From contig OZ024753.1 in assembly GCA_964016885.1 (NCBI GenBank), positions 35,712,001-35,776,000 of the forward strand: a stretch of 64,000 nucleotides of DNA, read 5' to 3'. Positions 27,276 to 40,754 of the stretch are shown piece after piece. Numbering within the stretch: position 1 is the stretch's first letter; the number at the start of each line of letters is the position of its first letter. The DNA comes from Eledone cirrhosa (taxonomy: Eukaryota). The position numbers and the translations under genes were made by a program. The notes under the pieces are model-generated. The model was not told where the DNA came from. It saw only the letters and a program-made list of their open reading frames with translations, and did no database searches.

Positions 27276-29103
27276 TCACATACAATATTCTGTGCATTAA
27301 AAGAAAATAAATCTCAACAAGGTATCTATAAATGCTATCAGCAAAGAGATGAATTTTTCACAAGATCCACCAAACGTATTCATCTAAAAATAGATCAACA
27401 TTCAATGACAAACAGGATCATTGCCATTACCATTCTTCCATATTTTGAGGTTTCACTTTCTCAATTCTACTACTACGTCAACCCCCACCCCCTAGATACT
27501 GTTACTGGGGTGAAGGAGGGGATAGGGAGTTAGTTTAAGGGGTTGGATTAGATGGATGCTTATGGTGAAAGAAATGATGGAAAAAAAAAAAAAATAATAA
27601 AGTAGATTTATGTGTATGCATATATATATATCGCAAAACTAATTCATCGCCATATATATATGTATATATGTATATATATATATGTATATATATTTAAAAG
27701 GTAAACAGAAATAACAAAATCGGTAGAGCATATGGAAGGAATATAATATATATATACATGTGTGCAAGCAGGGAAAAGCGGACGTAAAATGATGATGATG
27801 ATGATGATGATGATGATATATACACACACGTGTGTGTGTGTGTGTGTGTATGTAAATATGTTTATGTTATCTATCTAAAGACAGACACACACTAATATAT
27901 TTTATTAAAAAAATTTCAGCAAACCCTCTTGCTTTGGCTTAACATTTTTTGGCAAAAGAAAAAGAATTTTGGTAGAGGTAAGGTAGATGAGATACAACGC
28001 AAAAGTGAAAATAAAAACGTAAACTTGTTTACATTTAAAAAACAACAACAACAACAAAAATCTATTATATTTTGTCTGCTTATCTTTACAAACTATTTAT
28101 CATCAATTTTATCACATTCTTCGTTTGCAGAAATTTTTCTGGATTTTGAAGAATAAGGCTACGTGACTTTGGTGAGAACACTTCTTTGTCTACACCTATA
28201 GGAGCTATGTCAGAAATGGGATATGGCCATTGTAAGTGTCTGTACTAACAAATGTTGAAATATTCATGTCTTTCTTTCTTTCTTAATGGTTTGTTTATCT
28301 GTAAAGAAAGTTCTATGGAGTAAGAATTTCTTGTTGAGCCAAGTCAGCAATTTAGTGATTTGATTCCTATTAGAAGTCAGACCCCTACACCTATGTTATG
28401 TATGGTCCTGTAATTCCTGATAGAGTCGTAGGGGCACTGTATTGACATACAGTGTTTCTTGGGTACTTTTACAGCCTGGTGGGGGCCATCTCCTCTCCAG
28501 GCCTGACTTCAGCAGATTTCTTCCAGAGAGGAAGAATTGACCTCAATATTAGACTGTACTTTTTCTATCGACTTCGAAATGACGAAAGGCAAAGTTGACC
28601 TCATCAAGATTTGAATATGGAGTGTAGAGTTAGAAAAAATACTGCAAAACACTTTATACATTGTTTTAATGATTCTGCCAACTTGCTGCCTAATTTTCAT
28701 TATTTCAAAGCCAGACAAGGGTGGTGAACTTGCAGAGCCATTTAACTCTCAACAGCTTTTATGGTTTAGCAGAAAATATCTAAAAACGTTTTTGTTTATT
28801 CAAATGTTTATAGTATCTTTACTAGTTGACAGATTGTCATGAAAATCTGCAGTAAACTAAATATAAGACTAATTTTTAATGTGGTGCAGTTTAGTACTTT
28901 TCAAGAATGTCTTGCTGTGGTTTCATGCAGTAGAGGATGTTAAGAGTTAAATGTTGGATAGGATGCCTTGTAGTATTTGTTCTAGTTCTTTGCATTTTGA
29001 GTTCAAATCTTGCCGAGGCCTATTTTATTCACAGACTTAAGGAAACAGAAATAATAGACTGAAAAACATATTTTATTTTACTAAATTTCGCTAGAAATTT
29101 AGC

Positions 29104-29109
29104 TTTATT
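29104..29109 (-). promoter_or_regulatory. Candidate AATAAA polyadenylation signal of UBE2G2
   Basis: AATAAA on the minus strand ~100 nt after the stop, with another near 29073. The context is AT-rich, so chance occurrence is possible. Confidence 0.3.
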
Positions 29110-29211
29110 TACCAAAATGCATTAAACATCAAGTTGATTTTTTTCAACATTGATAGAACAAGTCAGTTATTTTAAACAAAGGCATGAAAATAAAATGCTG
29201 GTTACTCTTCT

Positions 29212-29324
29212 TCAAAAACCCAAGGACTTTGCCACAGTTTTGCGTGCTATGCTGTTGAATCTTTGACGGTCTTCTCGCCATGTTTTGGCAGCATCAACAT
29301 TGGCTGCACTCTCATCATTCGGTT
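29212..29324 (-). CDS. UBE2G2: UBE2G2 last coding exon (113 nt incl. TGA; EPNDESAANVDAAKTWREDRQRFNSIARKTVAKSLGF*)
   Basis: Hand translation matches the UBE2G2 C-terminus (EPNDESGANVDASKMWRDDREQF...KSLGL). Acceptor TCTCAG|; stop TGA at 29214-29212. Confidence 0.95.
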
Positions 29325-29949
29325 CTGAGATTAGAAACAATAAAGATACATATATATAGTCTATATATAGACTATAGAAAAATATACTGATATATCTGAT
29401 AGCAATAATATTATTGATTTATCAATATTATATTAATCACATAAACACACATACATACCATACATAGACATACATATAATACACATGTATATAGAGACAC
29501 ATCCATATATATTATACACATACATACATATAATACACATGTATATAGAGACACATCCATATATATTATTCACATACATACAGATACACACACACACATC
29601 TATATATGTACGCATACATACAAAGACACACACATATATTATACACATACATACAGAGGCACACATATGTATACAAATATATTATATACATGCACACAAT
29701 GCGTATGAGAGTGTCTCATGGTCCCAACAGTATAAAAGTCAATTTGGATATAATATTGCAATATTCTCATTCTATTAATATATATATTAGATACACTTAA
29801 CACTTCTAGCTTGACCAAGGATATAATAGGCAGCTTATCATCATCATCATCATCATCATCATCAACGTTTAACGTCCGTGTTCCACGCTTGCATGGGTTT
29901 GGACGGGGGTTTTCCCACTTGAGGCAAGAGTGGTTGTCTTGCTCGCATA

Positions 29950-30740
29950 GGACTGTCTGGCGGGTTTTCTACAGCTGGATGCCCTTCCTAACACCAACCA
30001 CATTTACAGTGTGGGGCTGGGAGGTTTTTACCGTGTTGCCTACACGGCCACATTACAGCGTGGACTGTCTAGCAGGTTTTCTACAGCTGGATGCCCTTCC
30101 TAACACCAACCACATTTACAGTGTGGGACTGGGAGGTTTCTACCGTGTTGCCTACACGGCCACATTACAGCGTGGACTGTCTGGCGGGTTTTCTACAGCT
30201 GGATGCCCTTCCTAACACCAACCACATTTACAGTGTGGGGCTGGGAGGTTTTTACCGTGTTGCCTACACGGCCACATTACAGCGTGGACTGTCTAGCAGG
30301 TTTTCTACAGCTGGATGCCCTTCCTAACACCAACCACATTTACAGTGTGGGGCTGGGAGGTTTTTACCGTGTTGCCTACACGGCCACATTACAGCGTGGA
30401 CTGTCTAGCAGGTTTTCTACAGCTGGATGCCCTTCCTAACACCAACCACATTTACAGTGTGGGGCTGGGAGGTTTTTACCGTGTTGCCTACACGGCCACA
30501 TTACAGCGTGGACTGTCTAGCAGGTTTTCTACAGCTGGATGCCCTTCCTAACACCAACCACATTTACAGTGTGGGACTGGGAGGTTTTTACCGTGTTGCC
30601 TACACGGCCACATTACAGCGTGGACTGTGTGGCGGGTTTTCTACAGCTGGATGCCCTTCCTAACACCAACAACATTTACAGTGTGGGGCTGGGAGGTTTT
30701 TACCGTGTTGCCTACACGGCCACATTACAGCGTGGACTGT
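29950..30740. repeat. 112-bp tandem array (7 copies) amplified from the middle of a SINE, in the last intron of UBE2G2
   Basis: GGACTGT...CAGCTGGATGCCCTTCCTAACACCAACCAC recurs every 112 bp from 29950 to 30734, between the SINE tail (29838) and the rest of the SINE (30740-30770). Confidence 0.92.
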
Positions 30741-30800
30741 GTGTTTTTATGTCGTGACACCTACACGATCCCATTTGTTTCGGCCTGGATGGCGCGGCAC

Positions 30801-32210
30801 CGTAGTGCTGGTGCCATGATGAATTAATTGCACCCAGTACACTCTGTAAAGTGGTAGTGCTGGTGAATTGCACCCAGTACACACTGTAAAGCGGTAGTGC
30901 TGGTGCCATGGTGAATTGCACCCAGTACACTCTGTAAAGTGGTAGTGCTGGTGCCATGGTGAATTGCACCCAGTACACTCTGTAAAGTGGTAGTGCTGGT
31001 GCCATGGTGAATTGCACCCAGTACACTCTGTAAAGTGGTAGTGCTGGTGCCATGGTGAATTGCACCCAGTACACTCTGTAAAGTGGTAGTGCTGGTGCCA
31101 TGGTGAATTGCACCCAGTACACTCTGTAAAGTGGTAGTGCTGGTGCCATGTTGAATTGCACCCAGTACACTCTGTAAAGTGGTAGTGCTGGTGCCATGGT
31201 GAATTGCACCCAGTACACTCTGTAAAGTGGTAGTGCTGGTGCCATGGTGAATTGCACCCAGTACACTCTGTAAAGTGGTAGTGCTGGTGCCATGGTGAAT
31301 TGCACCCAGTACACTCTGTAAAGTGGTAGTGCTGGTGCCATGTTGAATTGCACCCAGTACACTCTGTAAAGTGGTAGTGCTGGTGCCATGTTGAATTGCA
31401 CCCAGTACACTCTGTAAAGTGGTAGTGCTGGTGCCATGTTGAATTGCACCCAGTACACTCTGTAAAGTGGTAGTGCTGGTGCCATGATGAATTGCACCCA
31501 GTACACTCTGTAAAGTGGTAGTGCTGGTGCCATGGTGAATTGCACCCAGTACACTCTGTAAAGTGGTAGTGCTGGTGCCATGGTGAATTGCACCCAGTAC
31601 ATTCTGTAAAGTGGTAGTGCTGGTGCCATGGTGAATTGCACCCAGTACACTCTGTAAAGTGGTAGTGCTGGTGCCATGGTGAATTGCACCCAGTACACTC
31701 TGTAAAGTGGTAGTGGCGGTGCCATGGTGAATTAATTGCACCCAGTACACTCTGTAAAGTGGTAGTGGCGGTGCCATGATGAATTGCACCCAGTACACTC
31801 TGTAAAGTGGTAGTGGCGGTGCCATGATGAATTAATTGCACCCAGTACACTCTGTAAAGTGGTAGTGGCGGTGCCATGGTGAATTGCATCCAGTACACTC
31901 TGTAAAGTGGTAGTGGCGGTGCCATGATGAATTAATTGCACCCAGTACACTCTGTAAAGTGGTAGTGGCGGTGCCATGATGAATTAATTGCACCCAGTAC
32001 ACTCTGTAAAGTGGTAGTGGTGGTGCCATGATGAATTAATTGCACCCAGTACACTCTGTAAAGTGGTAGTGGCGGTGCCATGGTGAATTAATTGCACCCA
32101 GTACACTCTGTAAAGTGGTAGTGGCGGTGCCATGATGAATTAATTGCACCCAGTACACTCTGTAAAGTGGTAGTGCTGGTGCCATGATGAATTAATTGCA
32201 CCCAGTACAC
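30801..32210. repeat. 48/52-bp minisatellite, ~29 copies (GTAGTGCTGGTGCCATGGTGAATTGCACCCAGTACACTCTGTAAAGTG)
   Basis: Direct periodicity; 52-bp variants (+AATT) occur mainly at the right end. Confidence 0.95.
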
Positions 32211-32280
32211 TTGACTCTTTTTGATACCAAACTTCTCCTGGTTCTATAATACAACGTTTCTTTTGTCTGAAAGTTCCTTA

Positions 32281-32320
32281 TACTCTGAAGAAGGGAATTT
32301 TAAGACCCGAAATATTAGGA
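32281..32320 (+). ncRNA. Degenerate minimal hammerhead-like motif (PLE type)
   Basis: CUGAAGA-A-GGG...CCC-GAAA-UAU-UA^GG with palindromic AAUAUU in the stem III position; stem I is weak. Confidence 0.4.
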
Positions 32321-33099
32321 CGAAAAAAAAACAAAACAAAGATTACCAGGTAACTAACTTTTACATTACCTCCATCTTACAGTTCCTTTGCCTTGTTTAG
32401 CCTTATATCACTTTCCACATTATATATTATATACAATGCTTCAAACAAACTACAACATTTTATTAAAATATAGTATATTTCATTAGAAATTTGGGAACGA
32501 AAGGGTTAAAGTGTTTCATGTATTTATGTAAATACTTTCCATCATAATTCGAAGAAAGAATTTTTGTTATCTTCCAGACATCAATTTAATCTCTTTCATG
32601 ACAATATTTCTAATAAAATACACTTTTTCAATCAATTAATGAAACATTTCAGAGGGATTTACTAAAATTATTTATTATTCCATTATTAAGATGGTATTTG
32701 TAACATACTTAACAAAAAGTCCTTATATCAAATTATGTTGGAAAATTTTAATTTAAGTAGGAACCCTTTAAAATGGGTTGTTTTGTTTCATAGAAACGGA
32801 GCTGGTTTTGAACGTTTTAGTATCAAAAGATTTAATAATGAGAAAGTTATATTTCTAAATCTTTTCAAATTCTTACTTATTTTGGAAATGATTTGAAAAT
32901 TGTTAGCATTATTCCTAATAAAAAAATAACAACCTAACAAAAGGGTTAAATTAATCAACTCCCAGGCATAGCCAGCATGATACACTTAAGGGTCCCCTCA
33001 ACCCTTTTGGCATAGTTTCTACAGCAAGGTACCTTTCCTATCACAGAGCTACTGACCTCTCAGGATGTTTGGAATTAATGTTGTAAAGTTATTTCTTAC

Positions 33100-33240
33100 C
33101 TGCCAACATACTGACAACAGAGAGAAGAATTTTCTCAACACTTTGTACAGGACTCCATCTCTCAGCACTGGTCTCATATCCCATGGGGTCATCTCCTGGG
33201 GCATGAAGGATTGAGATACATACACGGCCGTCAACATAAA
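33100..33240 (-). CDS. UBE2G2: UBE2G2 catalytic exon (141 nt; [47 protein letters not shown])
   Basis: Active-site Cys (GRVCISIL) plus the Ubc7/Cdc34-type acidic loop ([17 protein letters not shown]). Acceptor TCTCTTTGCAG|, donor G|GTAAGA; phases match both neighbours. Confidence 0.97.
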
Positions 33241-33296
33241 CTGCAAAGAGAAGACAGAAAAGATCATAACCCTTTTGATACCAAACCTCCTGAAAA

Positions 33297-33482
33297 ATAA
33301 TTGTTTCTACTTTTGGCACAAGGCCAGCAATTACCCAGTACATTACTGGTACTTTATTTTATCGACCCCGTAAGGATGAAAGGCAAAGTTAACCTCGGCG
33401 GGATTTGAACTCAGAACGTAAAGGGACATAACTATGCTGGTAAGCATGTCCGACCCTCTACCGATACTGCCAATTCACCGCC
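33297..33482 (-). mobile_element. tRNA-derived SINE in a UBE2G2 intron
   Basis: Same family as 3423-3625; complete head, core and tail. Confidence 0.75.
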
Positions 33483-34256
33483 CTGAAATTCAACCTCCTG
33501 AAAAATAATGATTGATTTTAAATCAGTGATATAATTTATGGAGAAAAAAACTCTGTTAGGGTGTCTTAATATTATTGAAATTTGCTGAAATGTTGTGAAT
33601 AGGCATCATATCTTGTCATTTACCTATGGTTTAAATTTCATATAAATTGAAGAGAAAAATTTTTTAGCGGGGGTTTGAGCCCCCGGGGAACTCTTTGATT
33701 AAAATGAAATATACTTCTCCAAGTACCCTGGGCAATATAGTTTCAGAATATATATATATATGGTTATGGGGGTCTATCTCCCAAACCATAGGAGTTCGTG
33801 AACAAACAAACAAACAGACAAACAGACAGAAACTACAACTTTATATATATAGATGCATATGTATGGCAAAGGGACGCTGTAGTGACATACACTGTTTCTT
33901 GGGTATTTTAAACCTAGCAGAGCCCCTTCCAAGTCAGGACACAACCGATTTCTTCTATATATATATATATAGAGAGAGAGTGAGTGAGAGAGGAAGAGAG
34001 AGAAAGAGAGAAGGAAGAAAGAGATATGAAGGAAAAATCCCCCCCCCCCCCCCTCCATACTAAATTCGTACGTTTTTTTTATCGACTTTGTAAGGAAGAA
34101 AGGCAAACCTAACCTTGGTGGGATTTGAACTCAGAATGTAAAGGGATGTAACTACATGCCACAAAGCATGTTGTCCGACGCTCTACCACTACTGCTAATT
34201 CACCGCCTTCATAATAATAATCATAATGATGGAGATAATTTTAAGAGGTAACTTAC

Positions 34257-34375
34257 TGTTAGGGTGAAATATTTCACTGTTAAATTTCATTTTTGGAGGA
34301 CTGAGAGGATAGTCTGGGGGGAACATAAGTCGAGCTGGAAAGACACCACCTTCAAAACAGGTACCTTCAGGGCCC
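34257..34375 (-). CDS. UBE2G2: UBE2G2 internal coding exon (119 nt; GPEGTCFEGGVFPARLMFPPDYPLSPPKMKFNSEIFHPN)
   Basis: Not in the ORF track; translated by hand. Contains the E2 PxDYPxxPP and HPN motifs. Acceptor TTTTTCCTCCAG|G completes the ATG split from the previous exon; donor A|GTAAGT. Confidence 0.96.
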
Positions 34376-34807
34376 CTGGAGGAAAAATAAAAAGGAAAAA
34401 AAAAAAAAAAAAAAAAATGAAAAGTTTAATGACAACACCTGGGTGAAGTAATTTCATGTATATAATTAGAGTTTAATTAACATAAAGATACAGCATGGTG
34501 GAATGGTTAAGGAGTTCACTTTGCATTCATTACTGGTTCTATTCCCATCACCACTTTCATCCTCCCTCAACACATGACCCAACCATCTCATTCCATTTCT
34601 CTTCACAACATTCATCATTTGTTTAATTCCCATCACTCCTTTCATTCATTCACTTTCATCCTTCCTCAACACATGACCCAACCATCTCATTCCATTTCGC
34701 TTCACAACATTCATCACTCTGCAAGTCATGTTTGCTTCTCTCTCTCTCTCTCTCTCAGCAATACACATGTACCCAAAGTAAACATTAGAAGGGGTGGAGA
34801 TACATAC

Positions 34808-34889
34808 ATGATCAATGCTTCCCATTCGAAAAAGTTTTCTTCACTAACAGGACCTGCAATAATACCTTCGGGAGGATTCAGGGTCAATT
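34808..34889 (-). CDS. UBE2G2: Ubiquitin-conjugating enzyme E2 G2, internal coding exon (82 nt; (E)LTLNPPEGIIAGPVSEENFFEWEALI(M))
   Basis: Translation nearly identical to vertebrate UBE2G2 LTLNPPEGIVAGPMNEENFFEWEALIM. Acceptor TTTTCTTCTAG|, donor AT|GTATGT. Confidence 0.95.
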
Positions 34890-35262
34890 CTAGAAGAAAA
34901 CAGAAACAAAAACACAATATAATCATCACACATCACACATTACTTCAATAATTAATTTAAAATCTATTATAGGTATATCCAGGTGGTGCTATTAAGTTAT
35001 ACATGGCCTGGAGCCAATACTGGCCAAAACCTATCAAAGTTATAAATTTTGTAAATATAATAAAACAATTTTGAAAGAAGGGGCAGTGATGGTGACATTC
35101 ACATGTCCTATATACTATTGTATCATCATCAACATCGTTTAATGTCCATTTCCCATGCTGCATGGGTCAGATGGGTTGTCCTATTTGAGGTATGTTGGGT
35201 CAGGTGACCATGTCATACTCATATAGGACTGTTTCTGGCTATAGACAACAAATAAGATTTAA

Positions 35263-35483
35263 CCCTTTAGCATTTACATTACTCTATATATACTATTGTA
35301 TTTTCACAGTAAACACTTTATTTCACATAATTATCTCACAAAATATCGAATCTACGAGATTTTGATACTGTTTATTTTGAGAACAATACCTTAACATCAG
35401 TATGAGTGACTGTTTACAGCCAGTTTGAACAGGAAGAAGTGAGAGAATTCTGGCTGGATATGGCCGATTTAAATCCTAAAGGG
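35263..35483. mobile_element. TTAA-flanked piggyBac-like MITE
   Basis: TTAA|CCCTTTAGCATTTA...TAAATCCTAAAGGG|TTAA; homologous copy at 40464-40673. Confidence 0.75.
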
Positions 35484-36994
35484 TTAAATATCAAGTATTA
35501 AATATCAACTGGAACAACAACACATATACCATATTTTTTATTTGCCACAAGGGTGCCAAAAGAGGAGACATTACAAAGACTAATTACATAACGTGTAATT
35601 AATTCTTTAATAATTGTTTCTACTTTTGGCACAAGGCCAGCAATATCAAGGGAAGGGGGACGTTGATTAACAACAGCAGGACTTGAACTCAGAACATAGA
35701 CCATAATTACAAGATGTAAAGTATTTTATCAACACACAAAGGATGAAAGGTAAGGTTGACCTCGACTGGATATGGCCATAGTGTATGGCTACAATGTATT
35801 CCATGAAATTCATTAAGGATTTTGTCAACCCACTGCCTTATGTAACAACAACAACAATAACAGCAACAGGGAGTTATTGGTATCATAGTTTTTGTTTTCA
35901 ATGTGTTTAATTTACTGAGAGAGAGAGCAGAGGGGGGAGACAGAGGATAAATAGAGATATGGGGATAGAGATATAGGGATAGAGAGAGGGTGGAAATAGA
36001 AATAGGGGGGAAGAGAGAGAGGGTTAGAAAGAGATAGAAAGAGAGAAAGAAGGGGGAAGCAGTAACGGGGGGGGGGGGGGGGGCAAACGAGCGAGAGAAA
36101 GAAGAGGTGACCTTTTCCAGCAAACATCACCACCCTATCAACAGCCTACTTAAAAAAATAGAGAAACCACCTTAGGTGAAGTGATGGGTGAATTTCTAAG
36201 TATTTTTAAAAAATGGAAGCTACAAGCTGAAGTTGAACTTTTAATTCTAAACACTACCATATAACCCCCCCCCAAAAAAAAAACACAAACCAATGAATTA
36301 TGAGACTGTCTTCTCCATTCTGTTGAGGGGGATCATGAGGGAGATGAAGTGAACTGACCTGACCCTTAAGTTTCATTTATGGTGTCAGGAATATATTTAC
36401 TTAAGGTTTAGCAACATTGACAAACAGCTGTAAGACAGTGGAGAGAGAGAGAGAGAGATATTTAACTATTTAACCTCCTGTATTGATATACCAGAAAAAT
36501 ATCTAAAAAACAGGCGGGAAGGGGGTCCTTGCTAATTCAAATGTTAATAGTATCTTTATTAGGGGGCATATTGTAATGATATAGCAGAAAATATCTAAAA
36601 AAAAAAAGGGTTTGCTAATTCAAATATTAATAGTATCTTTATTAGGCGGCAGATTGTTGTGAAAATTTGCAGTAAACTAGAGTGATAAAGTCATAGTGTT
36701 GTTTGTATTTTCTAAAATAAAAAGTCTTACTAATGTGGTTTCATGAGGTACAGGATGTTAAGAGTTAATAGGTTAATAAGATGCCTAACTGGTTTGAAGG
36801 AATGTGAAAAGAACACTTTATAGTTAATTAACTCTGTCATGTTGGATGGCATCACAGCGATCTGGTTTGACAGAGGTAAGCCTTCCCATCCTTCCACCCT
36901 GGCTTATAACCAACAGTATCACTGGCACGCGTCTTTTACTGTAGTCTGGGGGGGGGGGGGAATAAAAAAAAGGGTCTAAAAAAGGTCTTGAGCA

Positions 36995-37260
36995 TGAAAG
37001 CTCATCAGGCCGGTGCTTATCCTGGTTTCCATAGCGTGAAGTAACTGAGAGTACAAGACTTCCCCCTGGACAGGATGCCAGTCTACTACAGGGTTAAACC
37101 CCCAGCTATTGCTGGTACTCATTTCCAGCTGAGTATACTGGAACAATGTGAAAAAAAAAGTGTTTTGCTCAAGAACGCCACACATAACCCAGTCCGGGAA
37201 TTGAACCCATGACCTTATGATAGTAAGTCCAACACTCTTACCACTGGGTCATGTACCTTG
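36995..37260 (-). mobile_element. Full-length tRNA-derived SINE
   Basis: Minus strand: A box TGACCCAGTGG, B box GGGTTCAATTCCC, core TTGAGCAAAACACTT...CTCAGCTGGAAATGAGTACC, 3' part GACTGGCATCCTGTCCAGGGGG...GGAAACC. Confidence 0.75.
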
Positions 37261-37814
37261 GATGATAAGCACTGTCCTATTGTGAAACAGGTTTTTGATT
37301 TGAGGAATCCTTCCTTCCTGTTAGTATCAGATCCTTGAAAAGGGTCATCGGTACTGCCCTTCCTAGACTAGACAACAAGATATTATGGAATAATGGCCAA
37401 AGAACTTACAAGAGGAGGCGACACACTAAACATTTATTGACTCTCAGGCAGACATATTTGCTAAAATTCGAAACATTTATAAGGAGAGGTCAGAGGTTAG
37501 GAAGAATGATTGGAACCAATTTCTGAGATATTGTAATCATTCATTTATTTGTCTCCCTTTGTCTTCTCCTCCTCCACATCCCCCTCCCCACAAAAATACC
37601 AGCTCCTCCTTCCTAACTCTCTTATCTCTTACCAAGTTATTACTGTCTCTACCTCCCACCACTCTCTCTGTCCCCCTCTCTAGATCTTTGTCCAGCCCAG
37701 CCACCATCTTTCCTCCTCCTACCGACACCTACCTTCCACTGTCTTGCCATTCTCTATAATAATTATCTACTCCTTTTCATATGCCATTCCTCTCCCCACC
37801 CTTGTTCCTAACAC

Positions 37815-37843
37815 GCGCACATGCACATACACATACACATACA

Positions 37844-37879
<36 letters not shown>

Positions 37880-40180
37880 TATATATATGCATACACATAC
37901 ACACAGACATGTATATATATATATGTATGTACGCGCACACATACACACATATATATGTACACATACACATATACATATATACATACATATACACACACAC
38001 ACATATATATATGCATACACATACACACAGACATGTATATATATGTACGCGCACACATACACACATATATATGTATGTACACACACACATACACGCATAC
38101 ACATACACATATATACATACATATATACACACACACACACATATATGCATACACATACACAGACATGTATATATATATGTACACGCACACATACACACAT
38201 ATATATGTACACATACACATACATGCATACACATATACATATATACACACACACATATATATATATGCATACATATACACACAGACATGTATATATATAT
38301 ATATGTACGCGCACACATACACACATACATGCATACACATACACATATACATATATACATACATATATACACACACACATACATATATATATATGCATAC
38401 ACATACACACAGACATGTATATATATATATATATATATGTACGCGCACACATACACACATATATATGTACACATACACATACATGCATACACATACACAT
38501 ATACATATATACATACATATATACACACACACACACACATATATGCATACACATACACAGACATGTATATATATATGTACGCGCACACATACACATATAT
38601 ATGTACACATACATGCATACACATACATATACATATATACATACATATACACACACACATACATATATATATATATGCATACATATACACACAGACATGT
38701 ATATATATGTACGCGCACACATACACACATATATATGTATGTACACACACACATACACGCATACACATACACATATATACATACATATATACACACACAC
38801 ACACATATATGCATACACATACACAGACATGTATATATATATGTACACGCACACATACACACATATATATGTACACATACACATACATGCATACACATAT
38901 ACATATATACACACACACATATATATATATGCATACATATACACACAGACATGTATATATATATATGTACGCGCACACATACACACATATATATGTACAC
39001 ATACATGCATACACATATACATATATACATACATATACACACACACATATATATATATATGCATACACATACACACAGACATGTATATATATATATATAT
39101 ATGTACGCGCACACATACACACATATATATGTAGACATACACATACATGCATACACATACACATACATATATACATATATACACACACACACACACACAT
39201 ATATGCATACACATACAGACATGTATATATATGTACGCGCACACATACACATATATATGTACACATACATATACATATATACATACATATACATACACAT
39301 ACATATACATACACATACATATATATATGCATACACATACACACAAATATGTATATATATATATATATATGTACGCGCACACATATACACATATATATGT
39401 ACACACACACATATACACATACACATATACATATATACACACATACACACAGACATGTATATATATGTACGCACACATATACACACACATATGTGTACTC
39501 ACACACATACATATACATGCATACACATACACATACATATATACATGCACACACATACATATATACATATATATACACACACACACATATATACATATAT
39601 ATACACACACACACACATATATATATGCATTCACATACACACAGACATGTATATATATGTACGCACACATATACACACACATATATATATGCACACATAC
39701 ATATATACATACACACATACATATACATGCATACACACACACACATACATATATATATGCATACACATACACACAGACATGTATATATATGCACACACAC
39801 ACATACATACACATACATATATATATACACGCACACACAATGTACACAGACATATATATGTACACACACACACACACACACATACACAATGTACACAGAC
39901 ATATATATATGTATGTACACACACACATACATATGCATACACATATATGTACACACACACACACGTATACACAATGCACACACATATACATAATGTACAC
40001 AGACACACACTCATACATATACATGCATACACACACACATATATACACAATGTACACACACACACACACATATATACACAATGTACACACACACACACAT
40101 ATACATGCATACACACATACACACACACACGTACACAGACACACACATGTACCCAGGCACACACTTGTACACAGACACAC
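37815..40180. repeat. (CA/TA) compound microsatellite with a higher-order unit (ACAGACATGTAT...GTACGCGCACACATAC)
   Basis: Direct observation. Confidence 0.92.
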
Positions 40181-40463
40181 ATTAAGAAGCTAGACCATCA
40201 CCGAGCCATGTAATTGTGAGAAAAGCCAATGCTGGCAACATTTCCAGTTAATCTATAAAGCCTACTGACCCAAACAGTTAAACTGTGCACTGGTTGGTCC
40301 ATTGGTTTGTCCCCTACCCCACCCCACATCTCCACCCCTTCATATATTCTCCCTGTCAACTGAAACAGGTTTCTCATGGGACTTCTTATTTAGTGTCTCC
40401 TAATGCCAATACCTTACACTCACCCCCTCCACTTAAATATATGTATGTATATACTTATATTAA

Positions 40464-40673
40464 CCCTTTAGCATTTACATTACTCTCTATGTTTACTGTT
40501 ATATTTTTGTGGTAAAGGCTTTATCTTACATAATATCAAATCTAAGAGATTTTGATGTTATTTATTTTGAGAACAATACCTTAACATCAGTATAAGTGGC
40601 CAGTTACAGCCGGTTTGAACAGAAAGAGGTGAGAGAATTCTGGCCAGATATGGCCAATTTAAATACTAAAGGG
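40464..40673. mobile_element. TTAA-flanked piggyBac-like MITE, second copy
   Basis: TTAA|CCCTTTAGCATTTA...TAAATACTAAAGGG|TTAA; internal sequence homologous to 35263-35483. Confidence 0.75.
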
Positions 40674-40754
40674 TTAAGGCAGAAAATTGGCAGAGTCATT
40701 AGAACATCTGAAAGAATGCTTTGCCATATTTGTTCTGGTTCAAAATCCCACCAA

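Noticed and set aside
30712-31925. 337-392 aa repetitive ORFs on the minus strand
   Set aside because: The 48-bp unit is open in all three frames, is SINE-derived and lies in a UBE2G2 intron.
36995-37030. CUGAUGAG with an upstream GAAAC on the minus strand as a hammerhead
   Set aside because: There is not enough sequence to form the required stems and NUH site; it is the ordinary SINE 3' region.
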